From Dehalococcoidia bacterium (GTDB taxonomy: Bacteria; Chloroflexota; Dehalococcoidia; Lucifugimonadales; UBA3495), in the NCBI GenBank assembly GCA_965261355.1, contig OZ253464.1, forward strand, positions 1,561,254 to 1,625,253: DNA of 64,000 nt, read 5' to 3'. Each line of letters starts with the position of its first letter. Within the stretch, counting starts at the first letter, position 1. The position numbers and the translations under genes are program-made. Below the pieces are notes generated by a model that saw only the letters and a list, made by a program, of their open reading frames with translations, did not search any database and was not told the origin of the DNA. Shown one piece after another: positions 9,793-20,010 of this stretch.

Positions 9793-10626
9793 ATGCAGTC
9801 CGCCGACCTGAACTTGACAACCACAGTCACGGGGTACCAGAGATTCATATTCGTCAGGCTCCCGGAGGGTGCTGTGGATCCAGGTCTCGCTGAGGCAATA
9901 GGCCGTCTCGGGGCCAACATGGAAAACATGCACTACGTGGAAGGGCCACCATCACCGGATGCCTTCCGCATCGGAAGATTCCAGTACCTCAGAGCGGAGC
10001 GTAGCAAGAGCATGGAACGAGACATTCCGCACCCGGCCTTAATGGATGCCGACGGACTGGTTCGCCTGGAAGCTGAGACACTCGAACCGCTACTGAAATA
10101 CGAAGCTGGTATGAGAGCCCTGCTGGGCAACGCCGGCGGCAGTCTGGAGACGCTGTCCGGTGTGCAGAAACCTCGTAGCTACACCAGCCACGCCATGACC
10201 CAGTACGCTTACGCTCGCGCCCAGCAGCCAGGCCCCGGCAGCGCTCATTCCTTTGGCGTCGTAACGCCGATGAATAAGAGCGCCGAATGGTGGGCAATGG
10301 ACTGGATGCACCGGGAAAGTTTCTTCCTTCCCCGGTATGATGCGAACGAGAACATGGTGGTCAAGGGCCATGCTCTAGCGGCGGACGCGGGAGTTGCCTG
10401 TATCACTCGCAGATTGGTCCACTCTCCCGAGGAGTACGGCAGCGAAGGGTGCTATGACTTCGTTGGCTACTTCGAGTTTGCGGAATCGGACACACCCACG
10501 TTCAATGCTGTGATGGCGGCTCTGCGGGACACTGAGCAGAACCCTGAGTGGAAATACATCAGCGAAGGCCCCGAGTGGTGGGGCAGAAGGGTCGGCGAAC
10601 CCTCGGAACTCTGGGTGCAGAAATAA
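9793..10626 (+). CDS. chlorite dismutase (Cld/HemQ) family protein
   Basis: The C-terminal part resembles the Cld fold: KSAEWWAMDWMHRESFF, KGHALAAD, ITRRLVHS, DFVGYFEF..FNAVMAALRDTEQN. ATG at 9793 follows GGAGG. Confidence 0.5.
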   Translation: MQSADLNLTTTVTGYQRFIFVRLPEGAVDPGLAEAIGRLGANMENMHYVEGPPSPDAFRIGRFQYLRAERSKSMERDIPHPALMDADGLVRLEAETLEPLLKYEAGMRALLGNAGGSLETLSGVQKPRSYTSHAMTQYAYARAQQPGPGSAHSFGVVTPMNKSAEWWAMDWMHRESFFLPRYDANENMVVKGHALAADAGVACITRRLVHSPEEYGSEGCYDFVGYFEFAESDTPTFNAVMAALRDTEQNPEWKYISEGPEWWGRRVGEPSELWVQK

Positions 10627-10725
10627 CCCTCACCCAGCCGGGCATGAGGAGAAGGTGAAGGTAAGATGGACGAGCTAAGCGCCCAGGCCACCTGAGTCAG
10701 GATTCAATTCGGAGGGAATCAGTTA

Positions 10726-11190
10726 ATGAGCTTGCAGGACATCGAACGCAGACTCAGGGCTCTGGAAGACGTGGAAGATATCAAGCGACTCAAGGCCCGC
10801 TATTGCGCATACTGCGACGACAACTACGACGCAGACAACATCGCCAGCCTGTTTGTCGAAGACGCGACCTGGGACGGCGGCTCCTTCGGCCGATTCGAAG
10901 GTCGCGACGAGATCCACAAATTTTTCGTCAACGCCCCCACCATGCTGCCATTCGCCATTCACATGGTGATGAACCCCCTCATTGAGGTGAACGGCGACAC
11001 CGCCACCGGCACCCGGTACCTCCTTCAGGCATGTACCTTCGCCGACGGCGACCGGGCGGTATGGGGCTCGGCAAGGTACGACGAAGAGTACATCAGAGTC
11101 GACGACGGCTGGAAATTCAAAAACCTAAAGTTGACCTCCCACTTCTGGACACCCTTTGACGAAGGGTGGGCTAGGACGAAATTCCTGTAG
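10726..11190 (+). CDS. SnoaL-like / NTF2-fold protein
   Basis: 154 aa; N-terminal IKRLKARYCAYCDD and the overall pattern are typical of SnoaL_4 proteins. Confidence 0.7.
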   Translation: MSLQDIERRLRALEDVEDIKRLKARYCAYCDDNYDADNIASLFVEDATWDGGSFGRFEGRDEIHKFFVNAPTMLPFAIHMVMNPLIEVNGDTATGTRYLLQACTFADGDRAVWGSARYDEEYIRVDDGWKFKNLKLTSHFWTPFDEGWARTKFL

Positions 11191-11201
11191 GCGGGCCGAT
11201 A

Positions 11202-11984
11202 ATGGGTCAGATGGACGGAATGGTCGCAATCGTTACCGGTGCCAGCCGTGGACTGGGCCGAGCCATAGCCCGGGAGTACGCGAACGAGGGCGCCAGCGTG
11301 GTCATCTGCGCCCGCAGCCAGTCGCCAACTGGCTTGCCAGGCACGCTGGAAGAAACAGCCGCGTATATCCGGAACGGTGGCGGAGACGTTCTTGCCATCA
11401 ATTGCGACGTAACCGACGAATCCCAGGTCAATGAAATGGTCCGACAGACCATGGAACGGTACGGCAGGATCGACGTGCTCTTCAACAACGCTGGCGCGAT
11501 GGTGCTTGGGGAGTCGATCATGGAAATCGATGCTCCCCGCTGGGACCAAGTCATGCGTATCAATGTCAGCGGCCCATATCATTGCAGCCGGGCTGTGCTT
11601 CCAATAATGATGCAGCAGCGGAAGGGCAGCATCATCAATCTCGGTTCCAGGATGGCCACCGACCCCAAGCAGGGCGGCGGCGTCCTCTATAGCGCCAGCA
11701 AAGCTGCAGTCCACATGTTTAGCCTTTGTCTGGCCGACGAAGTGCGCGACCATAACATCGCGGTCAACATCCTCAGCCCCGGCCCAATTCGCAGCGAGGG
11801 TTCGGCCGCAATCCCTTGGACTCAGCGCGACTGGCACCTGCGGGTAGACCCCAGCGTCGTTGGCCCCTGTGCCGTCCACCTGGCCCTTCAGGACGCCACA
11901 ACCTTCACCGGACAACTCGCTTCTCGTTTCGACTTCGGCACCACCTGGGGACCGGGCGTCGATCACCCGTCTCTCTCATCCTGA
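11202..11984 (+). CDS. SDR family oxidoreductase
   Basis: TGASRGLGRAIA glycine motif, NNAG, and the YSASKAA catalytic motif. Confidence 0.85.
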   Translation: MGQMDGMVAIVTGASRGLGRAIAREYANEGASVVICARSQSPTGLPGTLEETAAYIRNGGGDVLAINCDVTDESQVNEMVRQTMERYGRIDVLFNNAGAMVLGESIMEIDAPRWDQVMRINVSGPYHCSRAVLPIMMQQRKGSIINLGSRMATDPKQGGGVLYSASKAAVHMFSLCLADEVRDHNIAVNILSPGPIRSEGSAAIPWTQRDWHLRVDPSVVGPCAVHLALQDATTFTGQLASRFDFGTTWGPGVDHPSLSS

Positions 11985-12074
11985 GACGTGCCGTCGCTAA
12001 GCCAGGAGCTCCACTGTCCTGAAAGAACTGAAGGACGGCGCCAACCTCAGCAAAGGTTACAGTGCAATGACCCT

Positions 12075-13925
12075 TTACCTGGGCAGGTGCTGCTCAACCC
12101 AGCGTCGCTCCTCTTCATCGTCGTCGAAGTAGATGAACCGGTGGAACAACTTGGGTTGCTCTCTCACTAGCGTAAGGTCTTTTCGAAAAGCCTTGGTACC
12201 CGCGCTGTCGGCCTTCAGCGTTTCTGGGTCGATAACAACCCCGTATTCCGAACGAGCCGATTCCAAGGAGACGAAGCCTCCCCTAACATCCTTCTCGACC
12301 AGGTTTGTCTCCCGTTCTAAAGGATCACCCCAGCCGCCTCCGCCAGCGGTGTAAATCCTCACTAGGTCGCCGGCCTTCCAGCGATTGTCGTCGGAAAAGG
12401 GGCGTATTCCCGTTTCGTCCTCGAGTCCAGGGTTCAGCACCACCCTGGACGTGCCACCCGCCTTGCCGCCTGCAACGCCCCAGGCCGGAAAACGATTGTT
12501 CTCGACCCGCAGCCCGAATGTGCCTTCAGGAGCCAGCAGCCGAACATCCCTGATGATCCCGCATCCGCCACGGTACTTGCCGGGTCCGCCCGAGTCAGGG
12601 TTGATGGCGTACCGCTCCATTCGCAACGGGTACTCCATGTCCATGAACTCTGCCGGGTAGTTCTCGTTGTGGCGACTGTAGACGGCGTCAATGCCGTCGG
12701 CCCCGGTCCGGGCGCCATGTCCGACCGCAATTCCGTCGGTGCACAGCATCCATTCACCCGATTCAGCGTCCTTCATCCGCCAGTAGGCGATCACGTAGAC
12801 CGCCATTGCAGCCATGGCGTCTCCACCGCTGGCCTTCGCTACTACGGCCCGGACCGCGTTCTTCAGCTTGGTAAAGGTATGGGCCCGGCAGCCCAGCGCC
12901 GCTGGCCACTGGGGCTGCAGGATGCTGCCCGGTCGCAGCTTTACTTCGTCCACCGACGCCAGGAATCCCTCATTCATGGTCAGCGACGGGTCATATTGGT
13001 GAAAGTGCTGGCCGAAGTACGCAGCAATCGTTCCATCGCTTGCCAAGAAATTGATGGAGCCATTAGCCTGGTCGTCGCTCTTCGTGGCATCCAGCGTAAT
13101 TTTCTCGCCCGTGCTATTCAGCTCCAGGTGGAAGGAGTGCCATTCGTCTCCCACTCCGTCGTTGTCCATGTAGTCCCGGGTGGAGTAGCGCCCCGGCGGT
13201 ATCATTTCCAGCGTCTTCTGCCGGATGAAATCCGCCGTTTCCTTCTGGTCCTGCCGGATGGCGGCCAGAGTGGTCTCTTTGCCAAAACGGAAGAAGATTT
13301 CCAGCACCCGTTCCTCTGCCCTTTGCGCCGACGCCATGAGGGCGCGGCTGTCCCCCTCCAGCAGGTCGGGGTACCGGGAGTTTCGTAGGATTATTCGGTA
13401 GGCTTCGTCGTTGAGCTTTCCTTGATTGACAATCTTGATCGGAGGTACAAGCGTGCCGTCATGGAATATTTCGGTGTTTGCCGGCCCGATGCTGCCGGGT
13501 CGGGAGCCTCCTAGGTCCCAGAAGTGAGCAAAGGAGTGACAATAGGCCACCAGTTGATTCTCAAAGAAGACCGGGGTAATGAAAACCATATCCGGAGTAT
13601 GGCTGATGCTGCCCTTGGAAATGTAGGGATCGTTGTACCAGTACACATCCCCAGCGCGCATGGTCTCCGGTGGGTAGCACTCCCACACGCAACCCAGTAT
13701 GTCCCTCCCCAGGGTCTCGCCGTATATTTCTTTCCCTTGACTGTCTAGAAAGCTGACGGTGTAGTCCTTCTTCTCTCGGATGAAGGCCGACATTGCCGTC
13801 CGCTCGATTATCAGCTCGCACTCCAGTCGCGCCGACCTCAGGGAACCTCGAATCAGCTGGAGCGTAATCGGGTCCACAGCGGTCTCGTCCGCGGGGATTT
13901 CGCTGTTTACGGGGATTGTTGCCAT
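12075..13925 (-). CDS. hyuB: hydantoinase B / oxoprolinase subunit
   Basis: ORF 12075..14093. ATG at 13925 (MATIPVN) lies 4 nt after the hyuA stop (13930-13932) and follows GAGG. Carries the NDPYISKGSISHTPD motif. Confidence 0.85.
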   Translation of the reverse strand: MATIPVNSEIPADETAVDPITLQLIRGSLRSARLECELIIERTAMSAFIREKKDYTVSFLDSQGKEIYGETLGRDILGCVWECYPPETMRAGDVYWYNDPYISKGSISHTPDMVFITPVFFENQLVAYCHSFAHFWDLGGSRPGSIGPANTEIFHDGTLVPPIKIVNQGKLNDEAYRIILRNSRYPDLLEGDSRALMASAQRAEERVLEIFFRFGKETTLAAIRQDQKETADFIRQKTLEMIPPGRYSTRDYMDNDGVGDEWHSFHLELNSTGEKITLDATKSDDQANGSINFLASDGTIAAYFGQHFHQYDPSLTMNEGFLASVDEVKLRPGSILQPQWPAALGCRAHTFTKLKNAVRAVVAKASGGDAMAAMAVYVIAYWRMKDAESGEWMLCTDGIAVGHGARTGADGIDAVYSRHNENYPAEFMDMEYPLRMERYAINPDSGGPGKYRGGCGIIRDVRLLAPEGTFGLRVENNRFPAWGVAGGKAGGTSRVVLNPGLEDETGIRPFSDDNRWKAGDLVRIYTAGGGGWGDPLERETNLVEKDVRGGFVSLESARSEYGVVIDPETLKADSAGTKAFRKDLTLVREQPKLFHRFIYFDDDEEERRWVEQHLPR

Positions 13926-13929
13926 ACCC

Positions 13930-15999
13930 TCAGGCTCTCCTCTGCTGGACTGCTTGCATGATGCAGTTGCCATATGTGTCAATTCGGGCATGCCAGCCCG
14001 GGTCGACGACAACAGTGGAATCGACGTTCTCAAGGATGGCCGGGCCATCCACAGTGGATCCCGGCCCCAGCTTCGCCCGGTCGTAAATGTCACAGGAAAC
14101 GAAGCCTGCAGCGCCGTCGAAGTAGACCTGCCGCTGACCCAGCGGCGTTTCGGACCGATTCCTCATCTGCTGGGAAAGCTGAGCCGTACCTGTCGATTCC
14201 AGTTGCCCCCGGGCAGTGACTCGGAGTGTGACTATCTCCACCGGCTGGTCCAGGGAGAACCCGAACAGACGGTCATGTTCTCGGTGGAAACTCTGGATTA
14301 TGTCACTTAGGCTGGCCGAATCCACGGTTCTCCCAGCCATTTCGACGCTGACCTCGAATCCCTGGTGGGCGTAGCGAAGGTCCGCCCACCGAGTCAATGT
14401 CCGCCTGTCTGCCGGAACTGCCTCCGTGTCAAGCCATTGGCCGGCTTCACCTTCCAGCTCACGGTAGATACTGTCCATGGCGCTGGTGTCGTAATTGGGC
14501 GGCTTCTGAATCGAAGTTCTGGCGTAGTCGTTCTGGAAATCCGCTACCAGCAGCCCGTAGGCTGAGGCGACGCCCGGGCTTGGCGGGGCAATCACTGTCG
14601 TCATGTCCAGCAGCCGCGCCACGCTTATGGCGTGCATGGGCCCTGCGCCCCCGAAGGCGACCAGCGCAAAGTGCCGCGGATCATATCCACGCTCGACGCT
14701 GACGTTGCGAATAGCCCCCATCATGTTGTAATTGACTATCTGCAGAATCCCGTGCGCCGCCCGGTAAAGGTCCAGTCCCAGCGGAGATGCGATCCTGTCT
14801 TGTATGGCCGTCTTGGACACCTCGGCGTCCAGGCTCAGCGCGCCCCCTGCAATGGTGTCATCGATGCGGCCCAGCACGAGGTTTGCGTCAGTAACCGTCG
14901 GCTCGGTTCCACCCAGACCATAGCAGACGGGACCTGGGACGGCCCCGGCGCTGCGCGGGCCCACGGTCAGGTTCCCCGCCGCAGTTAGCCACGCGATGCT
15001 GCCGCCGCCCGCCCCGATGGTGGCGATGTCCAGCATCGGCAGCTGCACCGGCCAGTCCCCCAGCTCTCCTTTCAGGGTAATGGTAGGCGTGCGCCGTTTG
15101 ATCAGGGACACGTCGGTGCTGGTTCCTCCCATGTCGAAGGAAATGCAGTCCTCGGTTCCCGTATTAGTGGCCACATCGACAGCAGACATTACTCCTGCGG
15201 CAGGACCGGAAAGGGCCGTATAGACCGGTTGTCTGGCCGCGGTTTCAGTGCCGATCACGCCGCCGTTGGACTTCATTATCAGCAGGGGAGCCTCTATCCC
15301 GATGTCCCGCAATTCGCGGTCCAGGTTCTCGATGTAATAACTCACCCTCGGCATCACGTAGGCGTTGAGGACGGTGGTGATAGTCCGCTCGTACTCACGA
15401 AAAACAGGCAACACTTATGAAGACAGCGACAGGTGTGCGCCGGGGAATTGTTCCAGAAACAGTTCCCGAACCTGCCGCTCATGCTTCGAGTTCGAGTATG
15501 AGTGGGTCAGGGACACGGCAATAGACTCGATACCCTCGCCGCGAAATTGCGCTGCCGCAGTGCGTACCGCATCTTCGTCAACTGCGGTGATGATACTCCC
15601 GTCGAAGCCGGTGCGTTCCGGAATTTCGAGGACGCGTTCCGGAGGAACTGGGCGTTCCGGCTTTACCCAGACGTGAGGGTTGGCCAGCCTGGCCATGCTG
15701 TGGCGCCCGATTTCGAGGACGTATTTGAATCCCTCTGAGACCAGCACTCCCACAGCGGTGCCCTTGCCTTCAAGTATGGCGTTGGTGGCGATGGTGGTGC
15801 CGTGGAATATGCGGCGGACCTGGGAGTAAGCCACATCGTTCTCGCGCAGGATCTGCAAGGCGCCGGTGATGAATCCTCGCGATGGATCCTCGGGAGTGGA
15901 AGGAGTCTTGAGCAATTGGAAATTGCCTGTATGCAGGTTGAGCAGGACAATGTCGGTGAAGGTGCCCCCCACGTCGATTGCCAGAGCGTAGTCATCCAT
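13930..15999 (-). pseudogene. hyuA: hydantoinase A subunit interrupted by one in-frame TAA
   Basis: Track ORFs 15415..15999 and 13930..15414 are contiguous and in the same frame. TAA at 15417-15415 falls in ..HLSLSS*VLPVFREYERT.., where the fused paralog has SHEIIPQIKEFDR, so it replaces a conserved Glu (GAA to TAA). Confidence 0.8.
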
Positions 16000-16108
16000 T
16001 TACTTCCAGCCGCATTCTGTAGTTGAAGCCCCTCGCAAAGCGGAACTTCGATCCCTGATCAGTGCCCCTGCCTTAGTCGCGTATGTGCCGGCTTCCCCGG
16101 GATTTTCC

Positions 16109-17026
16109 TCACGCAACCGGTTGATGCGTCCGGTACCATTCCACAACCTCTGATCCGGAAGCGGCCCAAACCCCCTGTCGCCGCATCATGTGACCAAGCG
16201 CTCTGTCCAGGCTCCCGATGCGAAAGGGTTGCCCGATGAGCCAGGGATGCAGGCTCAGCACCAGGGGCCGCCCGTTCCCTGTACCGTCGCCATACATTTC
16301 GTCGAACCCTTCGCGCAGCAAGGTGGCGTACCGTTCGACAGTCACTTTGCGGTGGGCCATGGCCACCACATCGTCGAACTCCAGCATGACAGGCAGGGCG
16401 AATAGTTCCCCGGCTGTTGTTTTCAGCGGATACGGTTGCTCGTCATTGGCCCAGTCGCATACGTAGCGGATGCCGGCCTCGCCCAATAGGCCGGGAGTGC
16501 GTTCCGACTCGCCGTATTCCGGCCCCATCCATCCCACCGGAGCAACACCCGTCGCCTCGGTCAAAGCATCTAGGGATTCACGGATATAACCCCGTTCCTC
16601 TTCCTCAGACATATTGCTGGTTATCATCCGGCTAACCGAAACGCCATGCCCTATTATTTCACTTCCTCGTTCCAGGCAGTGCCGCACCAGGTAAGGGTAG
16701 TTGCTGGCGGTCAGAGCGTCCATAGCTATAGTCGGTCGTATTCCATGACGCTCCAGCACATCCAGCACCCGGTATATGCCCACCCTGTGGCCATACTCCC
16801 GGTGTGATATGCGGGCATAGTCGGGGAATGGCCGCGCCGCGGACCCTCCCGCAAGGTTTGCTGCTTGGTAGCTCCCATCCGGGGGCGCCCACTCCATCTG
16901 TTCCAGGGCTACCACCACCGACAGAGACAGGCGCGCGTCGTCGGGCCATCGCAGTTTGCCCCGTGTACTCAAGGGCGACCATTCGTAATGTTCGTGGTCC
17001 ATTCCGAAGCGGCGTTCGGCGGGCAT
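16109..17026 (-). CDS. polysaccharide deacetylase family protein (PuuE/allantoinase-like)
   Basis: ORF 16109..17092. Start MPAERRF at 17026 follows AGGAGG. Typical YEWSP, REYGHRVG and LHPWLIGQPFR motifs. Confidence 0.8.
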   Translation of the reverse strand: MPAERRFGMDHEHYEWSPLSTRGKLRWPDDARLSLSVVVALEQMEWAPPDGSYQAANLAGGSAARPFPDYARISHREYGHRVGIYRVLDVLERHGIRPTIAMDALTASNYPYLVRHCLERGSEIIGHGVSVSRMITSNMSEEEERGYIRESLDALTEATGVAPVGWMGPEYGESERTPGLLGEAGIRYVCDWANDEQPYPLKTTAGELFALPVMLEFDDVVAMAHRKVTVERYATLLREGFDEMYGDGTGNGRPLVLSLHPWLIGQPFRIGSLDRALGHMMRRQGVWAASGSEVVEWYRTHQPVA

Positions 17027-17103
17027 GGCGGCGGCCTCCTGTTGCTGTGCCAAGCGTGAGTGACGGTGTGCAGACTTGCGCCTGGGCCCCACTCCGCGTT
17101 TTT

Positions 17104-18015
17104 TTATCCTTTCAGTCGTTGCGCGTGGGCAACCGCTTGGTCATAGTAGTTGGCAATGTAATACTCAGCGATCTCGTCGGCGGTGGTCTGCCAGACTCCG
17201 TTGTGGGACATGATGTAGCTCAGGATCTCTTCCAGGTATTTGATGCGATGGGGCTGGCCGATCAGAAAGGGGTGCAGGGCAATGCACATGACCCTGCCAC
17301 TCTCCGCCCCTTCCTTGTAGAGTTGGTCGAACTGGGCCTTGCAGATGTAGGCGAAGTAATCCCCTTCGTAGTGGTTATCCCGCATCAGCGAAGAATCATT
17401 CAATTCGATGGAGTAGGGCACCGACACCAGCTTGCCACTCTTCACATTGATGGGGACCGGTTGGTCGTCGTGCAACCAGTCCGTATGGTAGATGAGTCCG
17501 GCTTCGGCCATCAGGTCCGGAGTCCTCACGCTGCCGGAAATGGCTGGCCCTAACATTCCTTTCAACTGCTTCCCCGTGTGCCGGTGCAGGGTCTCGATCG
17601 TGTCCCGGTAGAACTCTCGCTCCCGGTCTTCATCGTGGGTGTACAGGTAGCGGGTGTTATAGATGCCGTGGCTCATGTAGTCGTAGTCCCGCTGCACCAT
17701 GGCCTCGCCGATCTCCGGGAAATGCTCCAGGACGGCCATGTTCAGCGAAACGCAGCACTTGATGCGGTATTTGTCCAGAGGTTCCAGCATCCGCCAGAAA
17801 CCCACCCGGTTTCCATAGTCTCGGTAAGAGTACTGCTTCACATCGGGGTAGGGAGTCCGAGGCCAGGGATTGCGCACCCCTTCGTTCTCCGGAAGGTACT
17901 CGTAGTGCTCCACATTGGGAGAAATCCAAAGCGCCACCCGGGCGTCATTGGGCCACTTGATAACCGGGCGGTCTACGATCGGCAAATAGTCAACCCGGTT
18001 CGGCTCTAGCGGCAT
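17104..18015 (-). CDS. polysaccharide deacetylase family protein (paralog)
   Basis: ORF 17104..18033. Start MPLEPNRV at 18015 follows GGAGG. Carries RDYGNRVGFWR and LHPFLIGQPHR. Confidence 0.8.
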   Translation of the reverse strand: MPLEPNRVDYLPIVDRPVIKWPNDARVALWISPNVEHYEYLPENEGVRNPWPRTPYPDVKQYSYRDYGNRVGFWRMLEPLDKYRIKCCVSLNMAVLEHFPEIGEAMVQRDYDYMSHGIYNTRYLYTHDEDREREFYRDTIETLHRHTGKQLKGMLGPAISGSVRTPDLMAEAGLIYHTDWLHDDQPVPINVKSGKLVSVPYSIELNDSSLMRDNHYEGDYFAYICKAQFDQLYKEGAESGRVMCIALHPFLIGQPHRIKYLEEILSYIMSHNGVWQTTADEIAEYYIANYYDQAVAHAQRLKG

Positions 18016-18256
18016 CTGATGACCTCCTCGCACCTCTAATTACTGGATCGGCAAACGGCTCGATCAGGGTGTGCGCCTCCTGGGGCTGCGCGGTCTCGGG
18101 TTCATTCCGACATGCGGAATAGCGCAATGCTTCAGGGCCACCGTCATCTGGTGCTTCGAAGTTGGGGGGATGGCGCCAAACTCTGCCGCTCATTCCTCAT
18201 TCTTACCACCCCGGACCAAGCATTGGGGTGAACTTCTCGGCACTCCGTCTTACCTA

Positions 18257-18718
18257 CTACCTGTCCGGGGCACCGGTAATGAGGTCAATGGGGCGTGGCG
18301 AACCCGGACTCGCGGCTGGCTTTCTCATGGCGTCCAGCATTTCATCGCGGACACCAAACATATCGGTCCGAACTCGTTCGGCGAATTCGTGGGAAACATC
18401 GGTTTCGGGATCATATTTCTCGGCCCATTCGATTGCGGCCAGCATTACCGGTAGCAGGTCGCTGCCCTTTTCAGTCAATTCGTATAGGACCTGTCGTCCG
18501 TTGGCGGGGTCCCTTTGCCGGGTGATGATCTCCTGCGCTTCCAGCCGACTCAGCCGGTCGGACAGGATGTTGGTAGAAATGCCTTCACCCGCCTTGAGGA
18601 AGTCCTGAAATCGGGCGGAGCCGCGAAACATCATGTCGCGGATGATCAAAAGGGACCAGCGGTCCCCGAAAACTCCCATGACGTACCGGACAGGACATTG
18701 CTTTGGCTCGTAAATCAT
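18257..18718 (-). CDS. HxlR-family winged-helix transcriptional regulator
   Basis: CPVRYVMGVFGDRWSLLIIRD...FQDF...ISTNILSDRLSRLE is canonical HxlR. Start MIYEPKQ at 18718. Confidence 0.85.
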   Translation of the reverse strand: MIYEPKQCPVRYVMGVFGDRWSLLIIRDMMFRGSARFQDFLKAGEGISTNILSDRLSRLEAQEIITRQRDPANGRQVLYELTEKGSDLLPVMLAAIEWAEKYDPETDVSHEFAERVRTDMFGVRDEMLDAMRKPAASPGSPRPIDLITGAPDR

Positions 18719-18745
18719 GGGCGTAGCATACCAATGTTGAATTTC

Positions 18746-18786
18746 ACTTGCAAACAGCAAGTTTTCTTGTATAATTACTTGCAAGT
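18746..18786 (+). promoter_or_regulatory. divergent promoter with two ACTTGC/GCAAGT palindromes (candidate HxlR operators)
   Basis: ACTTGC-AAACA-GCAAGT at 18746-18762 and ACTTGCAAGT at 18777-18786. TTGCAA (18748-18753), a 16-nt spacer and TATAAT (18770-18775) point toward the DMT gene. Confidence 0.45.
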
Positions 18787-18856
18787 TACAAGCTATTATT
18801 CTCAGATCCAAGGATTTCTGCACCATGAACCGCTCGATAACACTGGCAGACTGGGC

Positions 18857-19747
18857 TTGCTCCTTGGGGCATCGGTGCTCGTGGGCAGCACATTTCTGTT
18901 CATAAACATCGCTGTCAAGGAAATCTCGCCCCTTGCTATCGCCACGCTCCGGGCGCTGATCTCGGCGCTCATATGCTGGATCGTGATGCGGGCTTACGGG
19001 GCACGCCTGCCACGCACCCGGCGGGGGTGGACCGCGCTATTCTGGCTGGGCCTGCTGACGTGCGCGATCCCCTTCAGCACGGTCGCATGGGGACAGCAGC
19101 ATATCGAGAGCGGCATGGGCGGCATACTGTTCGGCACCATGCCGATCCTGGCGGTGGTGCTGGCGCCCCTGTTCCTGTCCGAGGAAGTGTTCACCCGCAG
19201 GGCGCTGGTTGGCGGCGTGGTCGGGTTCGCCGGCATCATCCTGTTGATGGGGCCATCAGTCGTGGCTAATGCGAGTGACCAGATCCTGGGCATCGCCATC
19301 ACCTTTCTTGGTCCGTTGAGCCACACTCTGGGCGCGATTTACGCCCGCCGGCAGACCGATCTGAATCCGCGAGCCATGGTTACAGGCTCTATGATCTTCG
19401 GCAGCGTGGTGCTGATACCGCTGGGGTTCGCGGTGGAGGCCCCCCTCACCCTGGAACCCGGTATGGGAGCGATCGCCGCCATAATCGCCACCGGGGTCTT
19501 TACCGGAGCGGGTTTCTGCCTATATTTCCTTGTAATCAGCCGAGTCGGAGCCATGCGCAGTTCGCTGGTGCCGATGTTCTTTCCTGTCGTTGCGGTCGGG
19601 CTGGGAGCCATCGTGCTGGGCGAGCGTCTGCCGCTCGAGGCCTTTATCGGCCTGGCTCTGATCATGGGCGGCGCCCTTGCCGTCAGCACCCGCGCGGCGG
19701 CCAAACCACCCGCCCCCGCCGTGTCCAACCCCCAGCCCCAGAGGTAG
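18857..19747 (+). CDS. DMT superfamily (EamA-type) transporter
   Basis: Ten-TM EamA-like sequence in ORF 18515..19747. There is no in-frame ATG; candidate starts are CTG 18851, TTG 18857 and GTG 18875. The only nearby ATG (18825) is out of frame. Confidence 0.7.
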   Translation: MLLGASVLVGSTFLFINIAVKEISPLAIATLRALISALICWIVMRAYGARLPRTRRGWTALFWLGLLTCAIPFSTVAWGQQHIESGMGGILFGTMPILAVVLAPLFLSEEVFTRRALVGGVVGFAGIILLMGPSVVANASDQILGIAITFLGPLSHTLGAIYARRQTDLNPRAMVTGSMIFGSVVLIPLGFAVEAPLTLEPGMGAIAAIIATGVFTGAGFCLYFLVISRVGAMRSSLVPMFFPVVAVGLGAIVLGERLPLEAFIGLALIMGGALAVSTRAAAKPPAPAVSNPQPQR

Positions 19748-20010
19748 CAGCGTCTATGGCCAGTACTGTTGTGTGCGTGAAGCAAGGCCCATTGAAGGGC
19801 CGGAGGAACGGTCAGCAAACTCCATACACGCTTCCCGATATCCGAACGGCAATGGGTCAGACCGGGACATGCTGCGACCTGCGCTGAGGTCCAGTCCCTT
19901 GGAAGTCAGCATATTGAGAGCGACATAGAAGAAATCCTGTCCGGCGCACGCCCCAGCACATTCACGCCCCAAAGCGTTGTTGAGAGAGGGAAGGCAAAAT
20001 CTACACTCAA

